A stretch of 59,719 bases of DNA, filler included, from Squatina squatina (GCA_031763465.1; 4 parts of 4 records of this genome joined end to end with filler, not necessarily neighbours in it); one strand, 5' to 3'; positions 24,731-37,675 are shown, counted from the first letter of the whole stretch. Made by a program: numbers and translations. Notes: generated by a model not told the origin, from the letters alone.

Positions 24731-27700
24731 CTGTACACAGTCACGCAGCATGAATAATAAGTAACTTTTTTTTTAATAAAGTATACAAAGTCCATGAAAA
24801 TTACACACGATTATACAAATTGAACTTGTGCATATGACTGTTTGAATGTTTCCACTGCAACTGCTGCTTAATGTTTCGCAGTAAGTAAAATTCAAAAGCA
24901 AGCCAATGGGAAAGCATAAACATTGCTGCAATATTTTCACGATCAAAGTAGTTGGAATGTCACCAACATTTAGATTCAATTATTTTTAATATAAAAAGTG
25001 TTCCTCAGCAGCTCCAGCTTTGGACATCTATTCCTTGTTGGGATATGGCCCTGTAACAACTTGGAACCCTCTTGAATCTTGCCCAAGTGGCTATCATTCA
25101 TGAATGATTCTTAAGTGATGCGTGACTTTTTCTCCAGCTTTACAATAGTTTTGGGTAATTCTGGGATGGCCAATGGAGGAAAATGGGGCAGGGAGGTCTA
25201 CCAATGAATCCCTGCCAAGAAACTAAGAATTTTCTTTCATCCCCACTACATGCCAGTCATACCAAATGCAAATGACAGAAGGCAGGCAGGGTTTGCTTGC
25301 TTGCTCGCTCCCTTTCCTTTTACTAGCACCCATGGAAAATATCTTTGTAAAAGAGGCACTGGGGCAAGGAAAAATAATTCTTCTAAACTACTTTGAAGTA
25401 TAACAGCACTGCAGAAGGTATCCTGTAATCTTTTTCAATTAAACCCAAGTGAGGTGACTTCAAGCTGACAACTTGGCAATGCTCAAGACTGCATTTCATC
25501 ATGAGGCAATAATCAAGTTGTGCTTTCTGCTAGATAGCAGAGGTTCAGCTCACAAGCGAGACTTCAGGTAACTATGATCTGAGAACACTGCAAAGTGAAT
25601 CCTGCCATATTGGCCCGTTTAGCAACTAATTTCCTTTCCGACATGTAGTTTTCCCCAAAGCTACCTTTTAGAAATCATTCTGCTACTCCTTCATACAGGT
25701 CTTCCCTGAACTTGGTTCAAATCATTACGACATATCCGGTCATTGAGTAAAACATTTTACCGAAAACAAATGTGACAACCTTCCCACTGTTTATGATCCT
25801 TGCTGCCTATTTTTGAGTGCCTGTACAATCTTGGCGTTGTACTTTTTCTGTGGCAGAAGGTTCTGAGGAATCTGATGATTTGCAGAAGTAACCTTAGGGG
25901 ATTGAGGTGACCCTTCCATGTCTCTGGCTGTGGGCTGCTTCCCTTTTAAGAAAGTAAAGAATGTGAAACCATTCTGTATGGAATGCAATTGAGATTTCAG
26001 AAGGCATTCCTTAATGGGGGAAGAAAACAGGTGCAGAAATGAGATACATATGGTGTATTCCATTGCTTCTCTGCATGCATGTCCAGTTGCGAGTAAAGGT
26101 CACCTGTAGAAGAAATGAGGTGCGGCCACTATGTTCCACTTGGCCTGAATCATGCCTTCCCTCGGGGTTAAAAAGCTGGCTCCTCCTTTCCCAGATCAGA
26201 CAATTAATCCTCAAATTTAAAAGTTTAAAGTGCCCTGACGAGCCATGACACAATGTTGCGCCAAATTGGTAGACAAAAAAAGCTGCCTTGGCCCTTACAG
26301 CTGCTGCAGCCTGTATAATGCTGCAGCAGCACCAGATTTCCCACTCTCCCAAAAGCAGACACTCTCTATGGGTCCCAGTAGAGCCAGGTACCCGCCGTGA
26401 ACATACACCAAGGAAAATAGAGCAGGTGCTCAGCATTGTACATCACACTGGGATCAGGAGCAGGGATCCTGGCTGATCTTCCCCTTTGTAACGCAATGTC
26501 GCAATCCCTACTTCTTGGTTGAAATCAGCTAACTCAGCACCGACTGGATATCTAGGGGGGGGGAAAAAAAAGAGAAAAAAAAGGGAATATTTTTAACCCT
26601 ACCCGTCCACTGAAACCAAGCAGGTGGGCAGTTAAAATGCCCTGGGTTACTTACCCACTGGAATGCCGCCCAGATTCCAAAGTTCCCAATTTTAATGGAT
26701 ATTAAGCTGCCAGCCCAAAGCTGGGAGACTCCTAACCTAATTCATATGCTAATTTGGGTCCGATGATGTCATCGGGGTCCCGACAACTATTCTAATTTCA
26801 ACTTTCCCACCAGGTGAAGGCCAGAATTGAAGGGGTCAGGAAGCGGAAGATGCCCTCCAAATAAGTTTATTTACTTTCCTTTGTGTGGCCAGAAGTAACA
26901 AGAATCATCGTCCACGACCCACAAGGAAAATTTAGCCACCCTCCCCGGCCCCAGACTATCCCCTTAACTCCCGTGAGACCCTTCCCATTCCCCACAGATT
27001 TCTAGTTGTAAATGATTGCTGTTATAAGGATAAATCCCTGAATTAAAAAGTACGTTCTGCAAAAGGAACTTTAAGAAGGGTGGTAAATTTTACTTTCTTG
27101 TGATTGCTGGCAATAACCATTGAATTTCATAATATTTGGACCAATCAAGCAATGAAATTTCTGGCACAACCATCCAAAACAAATCCATATATGTTATTTT
27201 TGGGGGTAATTCTTCAATTGAAAGAAAGAATTTTGTTTTACAAATGGATCCAGGCTGCACAGTGGCAGTTTCTATGAAAATCCTAAACAATCACACATTT
27301 ATTTTGTTTCTACCTCCACAAAAATGATTATTCTTGGTTATTCTGATCTGTGTAAAGACGTTAATGGGTTTCCAATAGTAAATAAAGCTTCCTTAGCGGA
27401 TGGCTGTCTTAAGTGGCAGATGGTGATTAAAAGCGTCTGGTGGTGAAGAATTGCACTAATCAGAGGCAATTGAAGTCTGATGAAACTGATGTAAAGCAGC
27501 AGTGAGGATTTACAACAGCAGATAGCAGTGATGCTGGCAGAGCAGAAATTACTTTTTTTTTATGGGAGTCATTCTTCCTGTGGGAGTTGTTAATGACCAC
27601 CAGGAGTCAATTTGGAACTCATTCAAAAGGCCCTTTGTTCACTTGACACTAGGAGTGAGGTGTCAAATACCAGCTGGCACCCGCAGTGTCACAGGAAGAG

Positions 27701-29851
27701 CACTGTGTGACACGCAAACCAGAGGCTGTGATCTCATTTTCACTTCAAATGAATGGAAATCTGCTTACTTGTGGCTGGATGCCGTGCAATTAAATCATGC
27801 AAAAGGTCACCTACCGGTTGACTAATGTCAAAGTGCAATAATAACGTTGTTTGAAAGAAATTAGATTGTCCAACCAGGGAATAAAATTGCATTTCTACAT
27901 CCAGTTAATCAATGTGGTAAGTTTTTATCATCTTTTCGTATGTTCAAAGACCTGATCCATGAACCAAATACTTTTCACAAAACTCCTCCAGTAGAAACGG
28001 GAAGGTTCATAGAAATAGACTCTTTGATTATGCACACAGCAGGGTAGAAGTTAATTAGAACAGAAGGAGCTCAACCATGGATTTGAGGCCACCTTGAACC
28101 CGGGTAACCCTCTTTATCTTTTTACAATATTTCCTGTGTCAGATACCTTTTACACCGCTCTGCAAAATTATAGAAGAGTATACCCATGTTCTGTGATTTG
28201 ACCTCCATGAATCTAGCCGGCTTCCTGGGTACTTTGGATAACTAATGGAGACTCATTCTTGGCTGCGTTGCTGTTATAACTAGGCACAGCTTTGCGAACT
28301 GAAACTCCACAGATCCAGTCACTGTTATCCATGTCACAGACACAATGATGAATGTGAGAGGAAGCCATCAAGGAAATGATTATCAGCTTCCTGTGCAATT
28401 CTCACACTTTTGTTCCACTTGAAATTGGCAACATGTTACTAGTAAAAGTCGACATGGGGGATGAAAGACTGCATCTCACAAAAAAAGACTAGATGTGAAA
28501 TCCATAAGTGGAGTGTCGTTCATTCATCCAATTTTTCCTCCAGTTTTGGCACACTTTCCTCTGAGCCAGAAGGTTGTGGGCTCAAACCCAAGGTGATCAG
28601 ATTTTGGGAAGGCCAAACCAGGACAAAACTTACCTGCCAGCTGCGTTGAGAGACTGCGCATGCACAGTCTGGGCTCCATCTCAAACTNNNNNNNNNNNNN
28701 NNNNNNNNNNNNNNNNNNNNNNNNNNNNNNNNNNNNNNNNNNNNNNNNNNNNNNNNNNNNNNNNNNNNNNNNNNNNNNNNNNNNNNNATTCAAAAGGCTC
28801 ACTAAATGACCTAGAAACAGAGCTGGGTTAAGGTATATTAATGTAAATATCGGCTCTGTTTATTTGTATTGAGAAATGTAGATGAAAGGCCAAGGCTTAT
28901 AGTGTGGGACACCAACAAGGTTGAAAAGAATAGGAGAGGAGATGAAATAAATCAATTAGCAGTGATAGGTGATGACCAGCTTGGGGTTTAAAAGCCTATC
29001 GATCGCACAAGGTAGGGAAAGAGTTCAAATTTCACAGTTTTGAAGTCCTGGGAAAGATTGAGTCTGTTAACCTGTCGCCGTATTGCTTTGCAGTCACCCC
29101 CTGCACCCTACATAACTAAACACACAGGGGATGGCACCTTGGTGTGAATTTCATTCTGTTTATGCTAACTGCTGTTGTCACCTTTCGCACTGCAATCTCC
29201 TGTGATAAGCTTTACCTTTCCCACAGCTCCAATCCTTTTCTTATTTTTGTTTGGACTGATGGTGATAGGAACCTTAGACAGCAGCCTGTACAGATGAAAG
29301 CATTTTTGGATCCCTTTAAAACATCTGAGGTTGCACAAAAACAGCTATTGATACTGTTTAGTGTGTTTCTTTCTGGCTCTAGCTCATTTCATCTTGCAGA
29401 AAGAAATACTTTGTGCAGTGAGTGAATCTCTGGGGATTTGAAGGAGTGCATTGTTCATCACAATACATTGTTCATCGTGAGAGAGCAGCGAACACTCACA
29501 TCTGAGGCACTGGAAATGAAGTGCATTCTGGGTAAATGGGGAGCTCATCAATTTCTGTCAGGCCACTTTTGTACACTCACAACTGGATTAACAACTCTTA
29601 ATGGCATTCCTACCGGTTAAGCATCTCCTTAGCGAAACAAAAAGCATTAAGAAATTGTTACTGGTGAATTTTAGTTAGCTTTTTTTTAAATTCATTCACA
29701 GTATACAGGCATTGCTTGCAAGGCCAGCATTTATTGCCCATGAGAAGGTGGNNNNNNNNNNNNNNNNNNNNNNNNNNNNNNNNNNNNNNNNNNNNTTAAT
29801 TAATTAANNNNNNNNNNNNNNNNNNNNNNNNNNNNNNNNNNNNNNNNNNNN

Positions 29852-29956
29852 GTTATTTATGATTAGTCAACAACTCCATTATTGTTGCATGTGACTACCA
29901 GGATGGTAGAAGGTAAACTAGATGACTCGTTGATCGAGCAATTCCTATGCTTCTAA
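29852..29956 (+). mobile_element. CR1-type 3' tail variant; second copy at ~39340-39530 (minus)
   Basis: ACTACCAGGATGGTAGAAG...GCAATTCCTATG is the reverse complement of motifs in 39341-39445. Confidence 0.6.
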
Positions 29957-31944
29957 TTCATAAGAATGACAACAGGATGAGATGCAATTTGTGACCTGAC
30001 TAAGCTTAAAGATTTTGGGGGGTGGGGCAGGGGGAAGGAGAGGGGGGAAAAAAGTTCCAAAATTGTGAGGACACTATAGCAGAAGTGTTACATTGGTGAG
30101 ATCAAACTACTACCAAAACAAAAATGGAAGTTATTCCAAGAATTAGCAACAAAAAGGACTGAGTTTAAGAGTTATTAGACCATGTCTTAATTATCACTTG
30201 CAGATAGCATTCCAAAACAGAAGTCATATTTGAAGGATATCAAAAAACACAATAGGATGGAAAAAAATTGATGGCTCCAATTGAGCACCTTCACAAGCTA
30301 GACTGACTCAAAGGCAACAATTTTTCTATCTAAAAACTACATAAAATAGCTACCATCAATCCTAAACAAAGCTTTCATTTGCCACAAGATTTAAAAAAGT
30401 ATTTGTTCCTCTCATGAAACTGCCTCTTGAAATGTGTAAAGTGAAACTGGCGAACACAAGTTAAAATATTCTGCAGGGAGTAAGAGTGCCAGAGAATTCA
30501 GCACAATTTCTTAATTCTTGAAGTGGTACACTGCATTCCTTACCCTTGGAGTATATGGCATCCCAGGGTACTCTCTATTTGGAAAAGGTCCATATGTTCC
30601 ATTGCCAGGTATGGGAATTCCTCTATAGCCGTCAAATCCTGGCAATTAAGAAGGAACAGTTTAGCGTTCAAGCTTCCTTAAGCAGAATACAGTATACTTT
30701 ATACAAAATGTGCAAAGCAAGATTGAAGGGCTCCCAATTAAGTTGAGGCCAAATNNNNNNNNNNNNNNNNNNNNNNNNNNNNNNNNNNNNNNNNNNNNNN
30801 NNNNNNNNNNNNNNNNNNNNNNNNNNNNNNNNNNNNNNNNNNNNNNNNNNNNNNGTGCAAACTCAAGACAGCATTTCTGGTCAGGAGTCAAGATCTCCTA
30901 GTTTGGTGTGCAGTCACCCTAAACTGCTGTCACTAAAATTCAATTTATATAATAGGTACCTCTAGAAGGATGAAACAGATCGCAACCACCATTTTCCCTA
31001 GCAAAAATGGTATGGGCAATACTTGCTAAATGTCACTATGCAAGGACAGTGAGAAAAGGACAGCAATTTGTCCAAGTTAAAACCAGTTCTCAGCCACTCA
31101 CAATCTGTGTAGCCTGAAAGGGTGTGGTCTTCATGCTAATTGGAGAATTGCTTACTGGAGTCTGGAGTACCCGTCCTTGGGATGCTGGAGTTATTGCTGT
31201 GCTTGAGGCAGCCTGGTCATTAGGCAGAGCAGTCACCTGATGGAATGGATAGATAAGGAATTGTTACTTGACACAGATGGAGCAATAAATTGGTTTCAAA
31301 TCCAGCCACTTGAGCATAACTGCCAGAAGTCAGCATTTTTAATAGGACAAGTCATTAGTCAGAGTGCTGAAACAAGTCTATGCTGACTGCAGGACAACCA
31401 GCCAGTAGATTTAATGCTGAGCCAGGTTTTTTTTTTAAAAAAACTGAACAGACTTGTGGGGGAGGGGGGCATTCTGGTGTGTCTGAAGCAATTCCATCTC
31501 ATGAAATGCAGAAGTATTTCATGGAGATGAAAGTCGAAGGGAATAATTTGTGTTCTAAGTATTTCTCCCTTTGCTGCCCCGGAATTATTTTTTGTTATTA
31601 ATAATGGCAGTTTTATCTTGGATGCAGTCCTTTTGAGTTGGGTCTTGACTCCTTCTCTCTGCCAGATTTGATGCTCCACAATGGATTGCGCCTTCTGCAT
31701 CCTGGAGTGAGGCACTATTGCAATTGGGTGGCAAGATTGAGAGTCACTTTGGAGTAGATCTGACCCAGGAAACCATTATAAATCTGCTCCTGCCTGCTGT
31801 GTGGCTTCTGGGTGTGTGCTCCTCGCAGATAGATTGTTGCACCCTGTCAAGACAATAATCATCATTTTAACCCAGCTCATCAGATGCCCGCACTTGCCAA
31901 TAAAACAGCGTTCACAAAAAAAAATCTCTGTTCTGGAGTTATTG

Positions 31945-32282
31945 ATCTGGTCAGGAAATTGGCTGAGCGGCAGTAGACAGGCTGAGGGGATAATGGATGG
32001 GTACTCAAATTGGCAGGAGGTGACTAGTGGTGTCCCACAGGGATCTGTGTTGGGGCCTCAACTATTCACTATTTATTAACGACTTAGAAGATGGCGAGAA
32101 AGTCATATCTAAATTTGCCGAAGACACAAAGATAGGTGGAATTGTAGGCTGTGCAGATGGAAGTATAAAATTACAAAGGGATATTGACAGATTAAGTGAA
32201 TGGGCAAAACTGTGGCAAATGGATTTCAATGTAGGCAAATGTGAGGTCATCCACTTTGGACCTAAAAAGGATAGAACAGGGG
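31945..32282 (+). mobile_element. CR1 LINE RT fragment (frameshifted, degenerate)
   Basis: GVPQGSVLGPQLFTI / INDL / SKFAEDTKIGG / LQRDIDRLSEWAKLWQMDFNVGKCEVIHFG; the catalytic FADD is mutated to FAED. Confidence 0.92.
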
Positions 32283-32513
32283 NNNNNNNNNNNNNNNNNN
32301 NNNNNNNNNNNNNNNNNNNNNNNNNNNNNNNNNNNNNNNNNNNNNNNNNNNNNNNNNNNNNNNNNNNNNNNNNNNNNNNNNNCATCTCCATGAACAAGTG
32401 CCACTAACCACCACAGTTTGTCCTTCAAAGCAAAAACCATTTTACCCACTTGCTTTACTTCAGGTTTTGATATACGATCCCGTTTCTAAATAGAGAACAA
32501 GAAAAAAGGACGG

Positions 32514-32984
32514 TCAGTCATGACGTGCAAGCGTTTCTAGTCCACCAAAGTTGGCTGGTCTTCTCACCTCTTTGGGCTCGGGCAGAATTCTCTTTGGTTC
32601 AGCAGATTCCTTTGGGACAGATCCAGGTTCCCAACTTTTCGTCTCTTGTACGTCAGAGTACGGCACATCCCACTTTTTGGGTGGCTCCTCCTGCTTCCTA
32701 TTTACGTACTCTGTGTCCCACTTTTTGGGCGGCTCCTCCTGCTTCCTATTGACGTACTCTGTGTCCCACTTTTTGAGGGGCTCCTTGTCCTGTTTTCTAT
32801 CGATGTACTCGTCATCCCAATTTTTAGGGGGAGAGTCCTCGTGCTTTCTACTGATGTAGTCAGTGTCCCACTTTTTGGGAACCGCCTCTTGCTTCCCGCC
32901 AACATACTCTGCTTCCCAGTTCCTTGTTTTTTCTGGCTGTTTCACAGCGTAGTCAGTTTTGTTCAGGTACTGCCTATTCAAAAA
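32514..32984 (-). CDS. Terminal coding exon of an unidentified gene, 156 aa with ~16-aa W-D-x-E-Y repeats
   Basis: Strong acceptor CTCTCTCTTCCTCTTCCCAG, phase-0 open frame to TGA, and two 48-bp units differing only at synonymous third positions. Confidence 0.75.
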   Translation of the reverse strand, partial: FLNRQYLNKTDYAVKQPEKTRNWEAEYVGGKQEAVPKKWDTDYISRKHEDSPPKNWDDEYIDRKQDKEPLKKWDTEYVNRKQEEPPKKWDTEYVNRKQEEPPKKWDVPYSDVQETKSWEPGSVPKESAEPKRILPEPKEVRRPANFGGLETLARHD

Positions 32985-33249
32985 CTGGGAAGAGGAAGAG
33001 AGAGTTCTGGCAACAAACTTTATACTTTGCCAGCACATTAATTTCACTTATTGCTAGGAGCAAAGCACCAAAAGAAAGACTATTACACACTTCCAATTTC
33101 TGCTCAATTATATTAAAGTGGAAAAGGCAAGTGCTCCAGGGAACCTATCCTCCAGTTACGAGCTACAAGTCAACACTGCTCAAGGAGAGGTTACTGTTAG
33201 TGCAAACTCTGATCAGAAACATGGTGTCCCCACAGTGCGACAAATTTAT

Positions 33250-33410
33250 ATAAGAGCGTAAGAAATAAGAGCAGGAATAGGCCATTCAGCCACTCGAGAC
33301 AGATCCACCATTCAATTAGACCATGGCTGTCTTTGACCAAGACAACACTATTCCTCCCTGATCCCCAAAGCCCTCATTCCTCTGGACTCCAAACATCTAT
33401 CGATCTCTAA
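33250..33410 (-). mobile_element. CR1 3' tail
   Basis: ATAAGAAATAAGAGCAGGAATAGGCCATTCAGCC-type motif, the reverse complement of the CR1 3' end. Confidence 0.7.
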
Positions 33411-34349
33411 ACCAACCTCTTTGTCCAATCTTTTGGGAACTGGCTCGAGTTTCCCCAGATGTGGCTTGCTGTCAATTTCTGCTGTCTTATGATACTCCCC
33501 TTACCCGCTTTGTGACGTTGCACTATTTAACTGCACTATTTAAATAGGTGTCGCTATTGTTGTAATGTTAATAATGGTAATATTCTAGTGCTAGTTTTGA
33601 CACTGTTGTTAAATTGATGATCATTCTGACAATTATGCAGATGAAATGCTAGAGGCTAAGGAGAAAGGTAAGGTTAACACATATTACAGGAGATATTTCT
33701 ATTAACGCAGGTTTACGCAATCTCCTTCACTGTGCTNNNNNNNNNNNNNNNNNNNNNNNNNNNNNNNNNNNNNNNNNNNNNNNNNNNNNNNNNNNNNNNN
33801 NNNNNNNNNNNNNNNNNNNNNNNNNNNNNNNNNNNNGTATCAAATGTGCCCACACTTGAAACAATTTTGTTCAGGTGTTCGTTCACTGATTCTCCAGCTC
33901 AGGTCTATTCTATGCAACCAGCAGGTTTAGTTGGCTTGGGCATAGCAAAGGCACACTCAAGGGAATTTAATGAATGTAACAAGATTAGTTTCTTAGTGTA
34001 CTATTTGAATGGAGCTTTCAAAAGTTAGAGCACATTGGCAAGTGGTGCTGAAATACACATCAGTTAGGGCCAGGTCTCATTCATGCACTCAAACACTTGC
34101 ATGGCAGTGTATTTATAATGGTAGTTGGTCAGTTTTATTAATTCACACAGCTTCTGCTACAAATGGCAAATAACTGGACCAAGAATTGATCATGGGCTGT
34201 CCTCCATACATAATGGAAGTTAAAAAAAATTCAGGAAAAAATTAAGTTTCAGAAAGCAGCTACATGCAATTTTTACTCCAGTTCACAGGTAATCAAATAA
34301 ATTTCTCACCTTTGCAAAATGTCAAAACAATGACAGCATGAAGGCCAAG

Positions 34350-34785
34350 CAACATTTATTTATATAGTGCCTTTAATAGTAAAATGTCCCAAGGCACTTN
34401 NNNNNNNNNACAGGAGCATTTTCAAACATAATGGTTATCAAGCCACTAGAGATAGTAGGACAGGTGATCAAAAGCTTGTTCAAAGATAGGTTTTAAAAAG
34501 CTTCTTAAAAGGAGGAGGGGTAGGGAGACAAAGAGGTTTAGGGAGGCAGATACCAAGTGAGGGGCGATGGCAATAGGAAGTGCAAGAAACCAAAATTGGA
34601 GAAGTGCAGAGATCTGGAAAGTTTGTCAGGCTGGAGGAGTTAGAGAGATAGGGAGGGGTGAAGGCGAGACCATGGAGGAATCTGAACACAAGGATGAAAA
34701 TTTTAAATTCGATGTGTTGCCAGACAATGTAGGTCAGTGAGTATTGGGGTGATGGGTGAACAGGACTTGAGTGGGAAGGGATGGA
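34350..34785 (-). mobile_element. L2-like LINE 3' portion
   Basis: The minus frame contains IEFKIFILVFRFLHGLA...PPYL and FKKLFKTYL, typical L2 C-terminal motifs. Confidence 0.75.
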
Positions 34786-34789
34786 CCAC

Positions 34790-35505
34790 ACCATTACCTC
34801 AGTAGTCCAAGGATTTGTCCTTGGCTCAATCCTATTGCTCATCTATATGCTGCCTCTTGGTGACATCAGAAAACACATCAGGTTCCACTTGTATGCTGAT
34901 GACACCCAGCTACCCCACTCATTGCCTCAAGTCATGCTGTTTGTCTGACATCCAGTACTGGATGACTAAAACTTCCCTCCAACTAAATAGTGGGAAGACT
35001 GAAGCCATTGTATTTGGCCCATGACTCAAAATCCACTTCTGGGCCACTGACTCCAGCAGTCTCCTGGCTCCTGTGAGGATGACTAAAACTGTTTGCAACC
35101 TCAACATTCTATCAGACCATAAGCTCTTGTAACAACCCTCATCCATGCCTTTGTTACCTCTACACTTCACTATTCCAATGCTCTCCTGGCCAGCCTCCCA
35201 TCTTACACTCCTACAAACTAGAAGTCATCCAAAACTCTCCTGCCCATATCCCAACAGTCACCATCCCATAAACGCATCATGGACTAACAATGGCTTGCAT
35301 TCCAGCAACACCAATTTTAAAAATTCTCATCCTAGTTTTCAAATTCCTGCATAATCTGATCTCTTCCCCCATCCATCTCCAACCTCAACTCTGGTTATCT
35401 ATCCCAATTGCTCATGTGGCTCAGTCAAATTTTGTCTGATTAAGCTCCAGTGAAGTGACTTGGGAGGTTTTACAGCCTTAAAAAAGGTGCTATATTATTG
35501 TTGAT
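34790..35505 (+). mobile_element. L2-like LINE RT to 3' end, decayed
   Basis: QGFVLGSILLLIY, LYADDTQL, LSDIQYWMTKTSLQLNSGKTEAIVFG, and the tail AAAGGTGCTATA. Confidence 0.8.
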
Positions 35506-36817
35506 ACAGGCAGAAGCGTTTCGGATGAGCTGAAGTTTGGAGAGTAGAAGGCTAGCCAAGAGAGCATTGGAATAAGCAGTACATAAACAATTCTGACTAG
35601 TTTCATGCTAGCCTCAAAAGTACCCAATCTACACTTCCACACAGCAAGATCATAGCTGTAGTTCCAGTAGCTGTTGTGAGCACATGCAGTTTGTATCTCA
35701 AATTCAATATTTTAAAAATGCCATATAGCTACAAAGTGATCTTGGAGTGCAAAATGCTCATTTCACTTCTAGTTTAAGCTAGCAATTTATTAACTCCAAA
35801 GCAAGACTGCAAAGTGAATAGTACAAGCCTAGGTTAAGTGGGAAGCTTATTCAAAATTAGAGGCATGATGTTAAGCAAATGAGGTTCAAATTGAATCACA
35901 TACAGGCAGCAACTAAGGACACAAGGAATGTTCAATTTTTCCAGCTTAATTAGTTTCTTAGTAATAGGAGAGAATATAACAGTGTCGATTTGAACAGCTC
36001 TTCAGTGTCACAATAGCAAGTCTTGTAGAACCTGACAACTGCAGGTTTGCGAGGTTACCAACCACTAGGATTAACCAATTCAAAAATGCATACCAATTGA
36101 TCCTGATTAAGTTCTTCTCGTTTTAAGCGTTCTTTATAGTCATCCAGTTTTGCCTTGGGGGAACAAAAAACAGCAACACCACAGGGTTATGCATGCCGAT
36201 TCACATTCGCCATATGCACAGTATTAGAATTCATACTAAATGTTTTATCTATAACGATTTAAACTCGTGAGTGTTCCATATGGCTGGAGAGAGGAGAAAT
36301 AATGTAATGTGTACTGACTAAAGTATTGGCTTGCCTTAAACAATGTTGTGTTCAGCTGTTTTCCATTGATACACTTGCAAAAGAAAAATATACCAATATT
36401 GGTTTTAGCAAAAAAGTTTTTTTTTTTAAAATGTTATCCTATACCAACAGACGTTTCAATTTCACAGCAACCTTGTTTGGTGAAGCCGAGAACTCCCGTT
36501 ATCCACTGAAGGTTAAGTTGCAAAGTGCTGCATAAAACAAGTTATATTCCAAGCTTTAACCCAAGAGGGCAACGGTAGGTCAATTGCTGCGTGCATTCGA
36601 ACAGAACACATGGAAGAGCCAATTCATGCACGTCCGACTTCAAATATGAAGCCGCNNNNNNNNNNNNNNNNNNNNNNNNNNNNNNNNNNNNNNNNNNNNN
36701 NNNNNNNNNNNNNNNNNNNNNNNNNNNNNNNNNNNNNNNNNNNNNNNNNNNNNNNGTTATCTGACAGTTCCATTGTGCAGCACAAGTTCCCCCACTCGGC
36801 CCTGTCACTGTACTTAC

Positions 36818-36917
36818 ATGATTCCAGTTCTTTTTGGAACCCACAGGGAGCTTCTTCCACCGTTTCACCAGGAGCACACAGGCGTTGCAGATCTCTCCTG
36901 AACGGGCTTCATTCAAC
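36818..36917 (-). CDS. SINHCAF: SINHCAF/FAM60A second coding exon
   Basis: 100 nt, AAG acceptor and GTAAGT donor; LNEARSGEICNACVLLVKRWKKLPVGSKKNWNH, in phase with the preceding exon. Confidence 0.95.
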
Positions 36918-37039
36918 CTTTGAGAAGTGAAAACACCATGAGGGAATAATGAGCGATCAATCTGACCTGAGCGTCCATAAAAAGATTACAATGTTTTTGC
37001 TTTTGTTTTTTTTGGTGGGGGAAGTTTCCCCCTCCTTAC

Positions 37040-37167
37040 CCAAAGCAGCTCTGAAAGTCTTTCTCGTAGCGCTTGCTGTCAGTAAATCGTGAACTCGACG
37101 ACTTGGCCCTGCAGATACAGCAGCCGTCCAAACTCCGGTACATCTTAGGCTTGTGGAAGCCGAACAT
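37040..37167 (-). CDS. SINHCAF: SINHCAF/FAM60A first coding exon (exon starts at 37198 with 31 nt of 5'UTR)
   Basis: ATG at 37167; MFGFHKPKMYRSLDGCCICRAKSSSSRFTDSKRYEKDFQSCFG; GTAAGG donor; CAG acceptor at 37199-37201. The ORF track lists a different frame here. Confidence 0.96.
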
Positions 37168-37491
37168 CTTCTGGACAATTTAAAACCAAACACACGACCT
37201 GTAAACGGGAGAGCTGAGCCATTTACACTTGAAACATAAAACTACGGCCAGTGCCAGGAAAAGTGGCTTCAGATTGAACCATCGCCAACATCAGTGCCCA
37301 GATGAGCGCTCGTATTTAATGTAAACTAGGAAGCTCCACACAGAGCTTAAATTCTGCATGACAGACCTGCAGAACTACCCCACAGGCTGTGCGAGTTAGT
37401 AAGCGAGAAACTGGGTTTTCGTGTTATTATGGTGTGACCGAGACCCAAAATGCATCATTGGGACAGTTAATTGCCCCCGGCTCACCATAAA

Positions 37492-37675
37492 GAAAGACTC
37501 TGCGTTTCTATAGCGCCTTTCACGGCCTCAGTATGGATCTGGACATTATCTCATTGTTATCTGGGAACCTTGTGTGCAAATTGGCTGCCGTGTTTCCTAC
37601 ATAACAACAGTGGCTACACTTCAAAAGTACTTCATTGGCTGTAAAGAGCTTTGGGATGTCCTGAGGTTGTAAAAA
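37492..37675. mobile_element. DeuSINE fragments: inverted tail followed by plus-strand Deu domain
   Basis: TATAGCGCCTTTCACGGCCTCAG (minus-strand tail), then AAATTGGCTGCCGTGTTTCCTACA...CTTCAAAAGTACTTCATTGGCTGTAAAG. Confidence 0.7.

Noticed and set aside
32525-33041. Plus-strand ORFs overlapping the WD-repeat exon
   Set aside because: Antisense shadows of the repeat; the splice signal and synonymous pattern support the minus frame.
36957-37193. ORF-track peptide MFGFKLSRR...
   Set aside because: Wrong frame; the true SINHCAF frame starts at ATG 37167.
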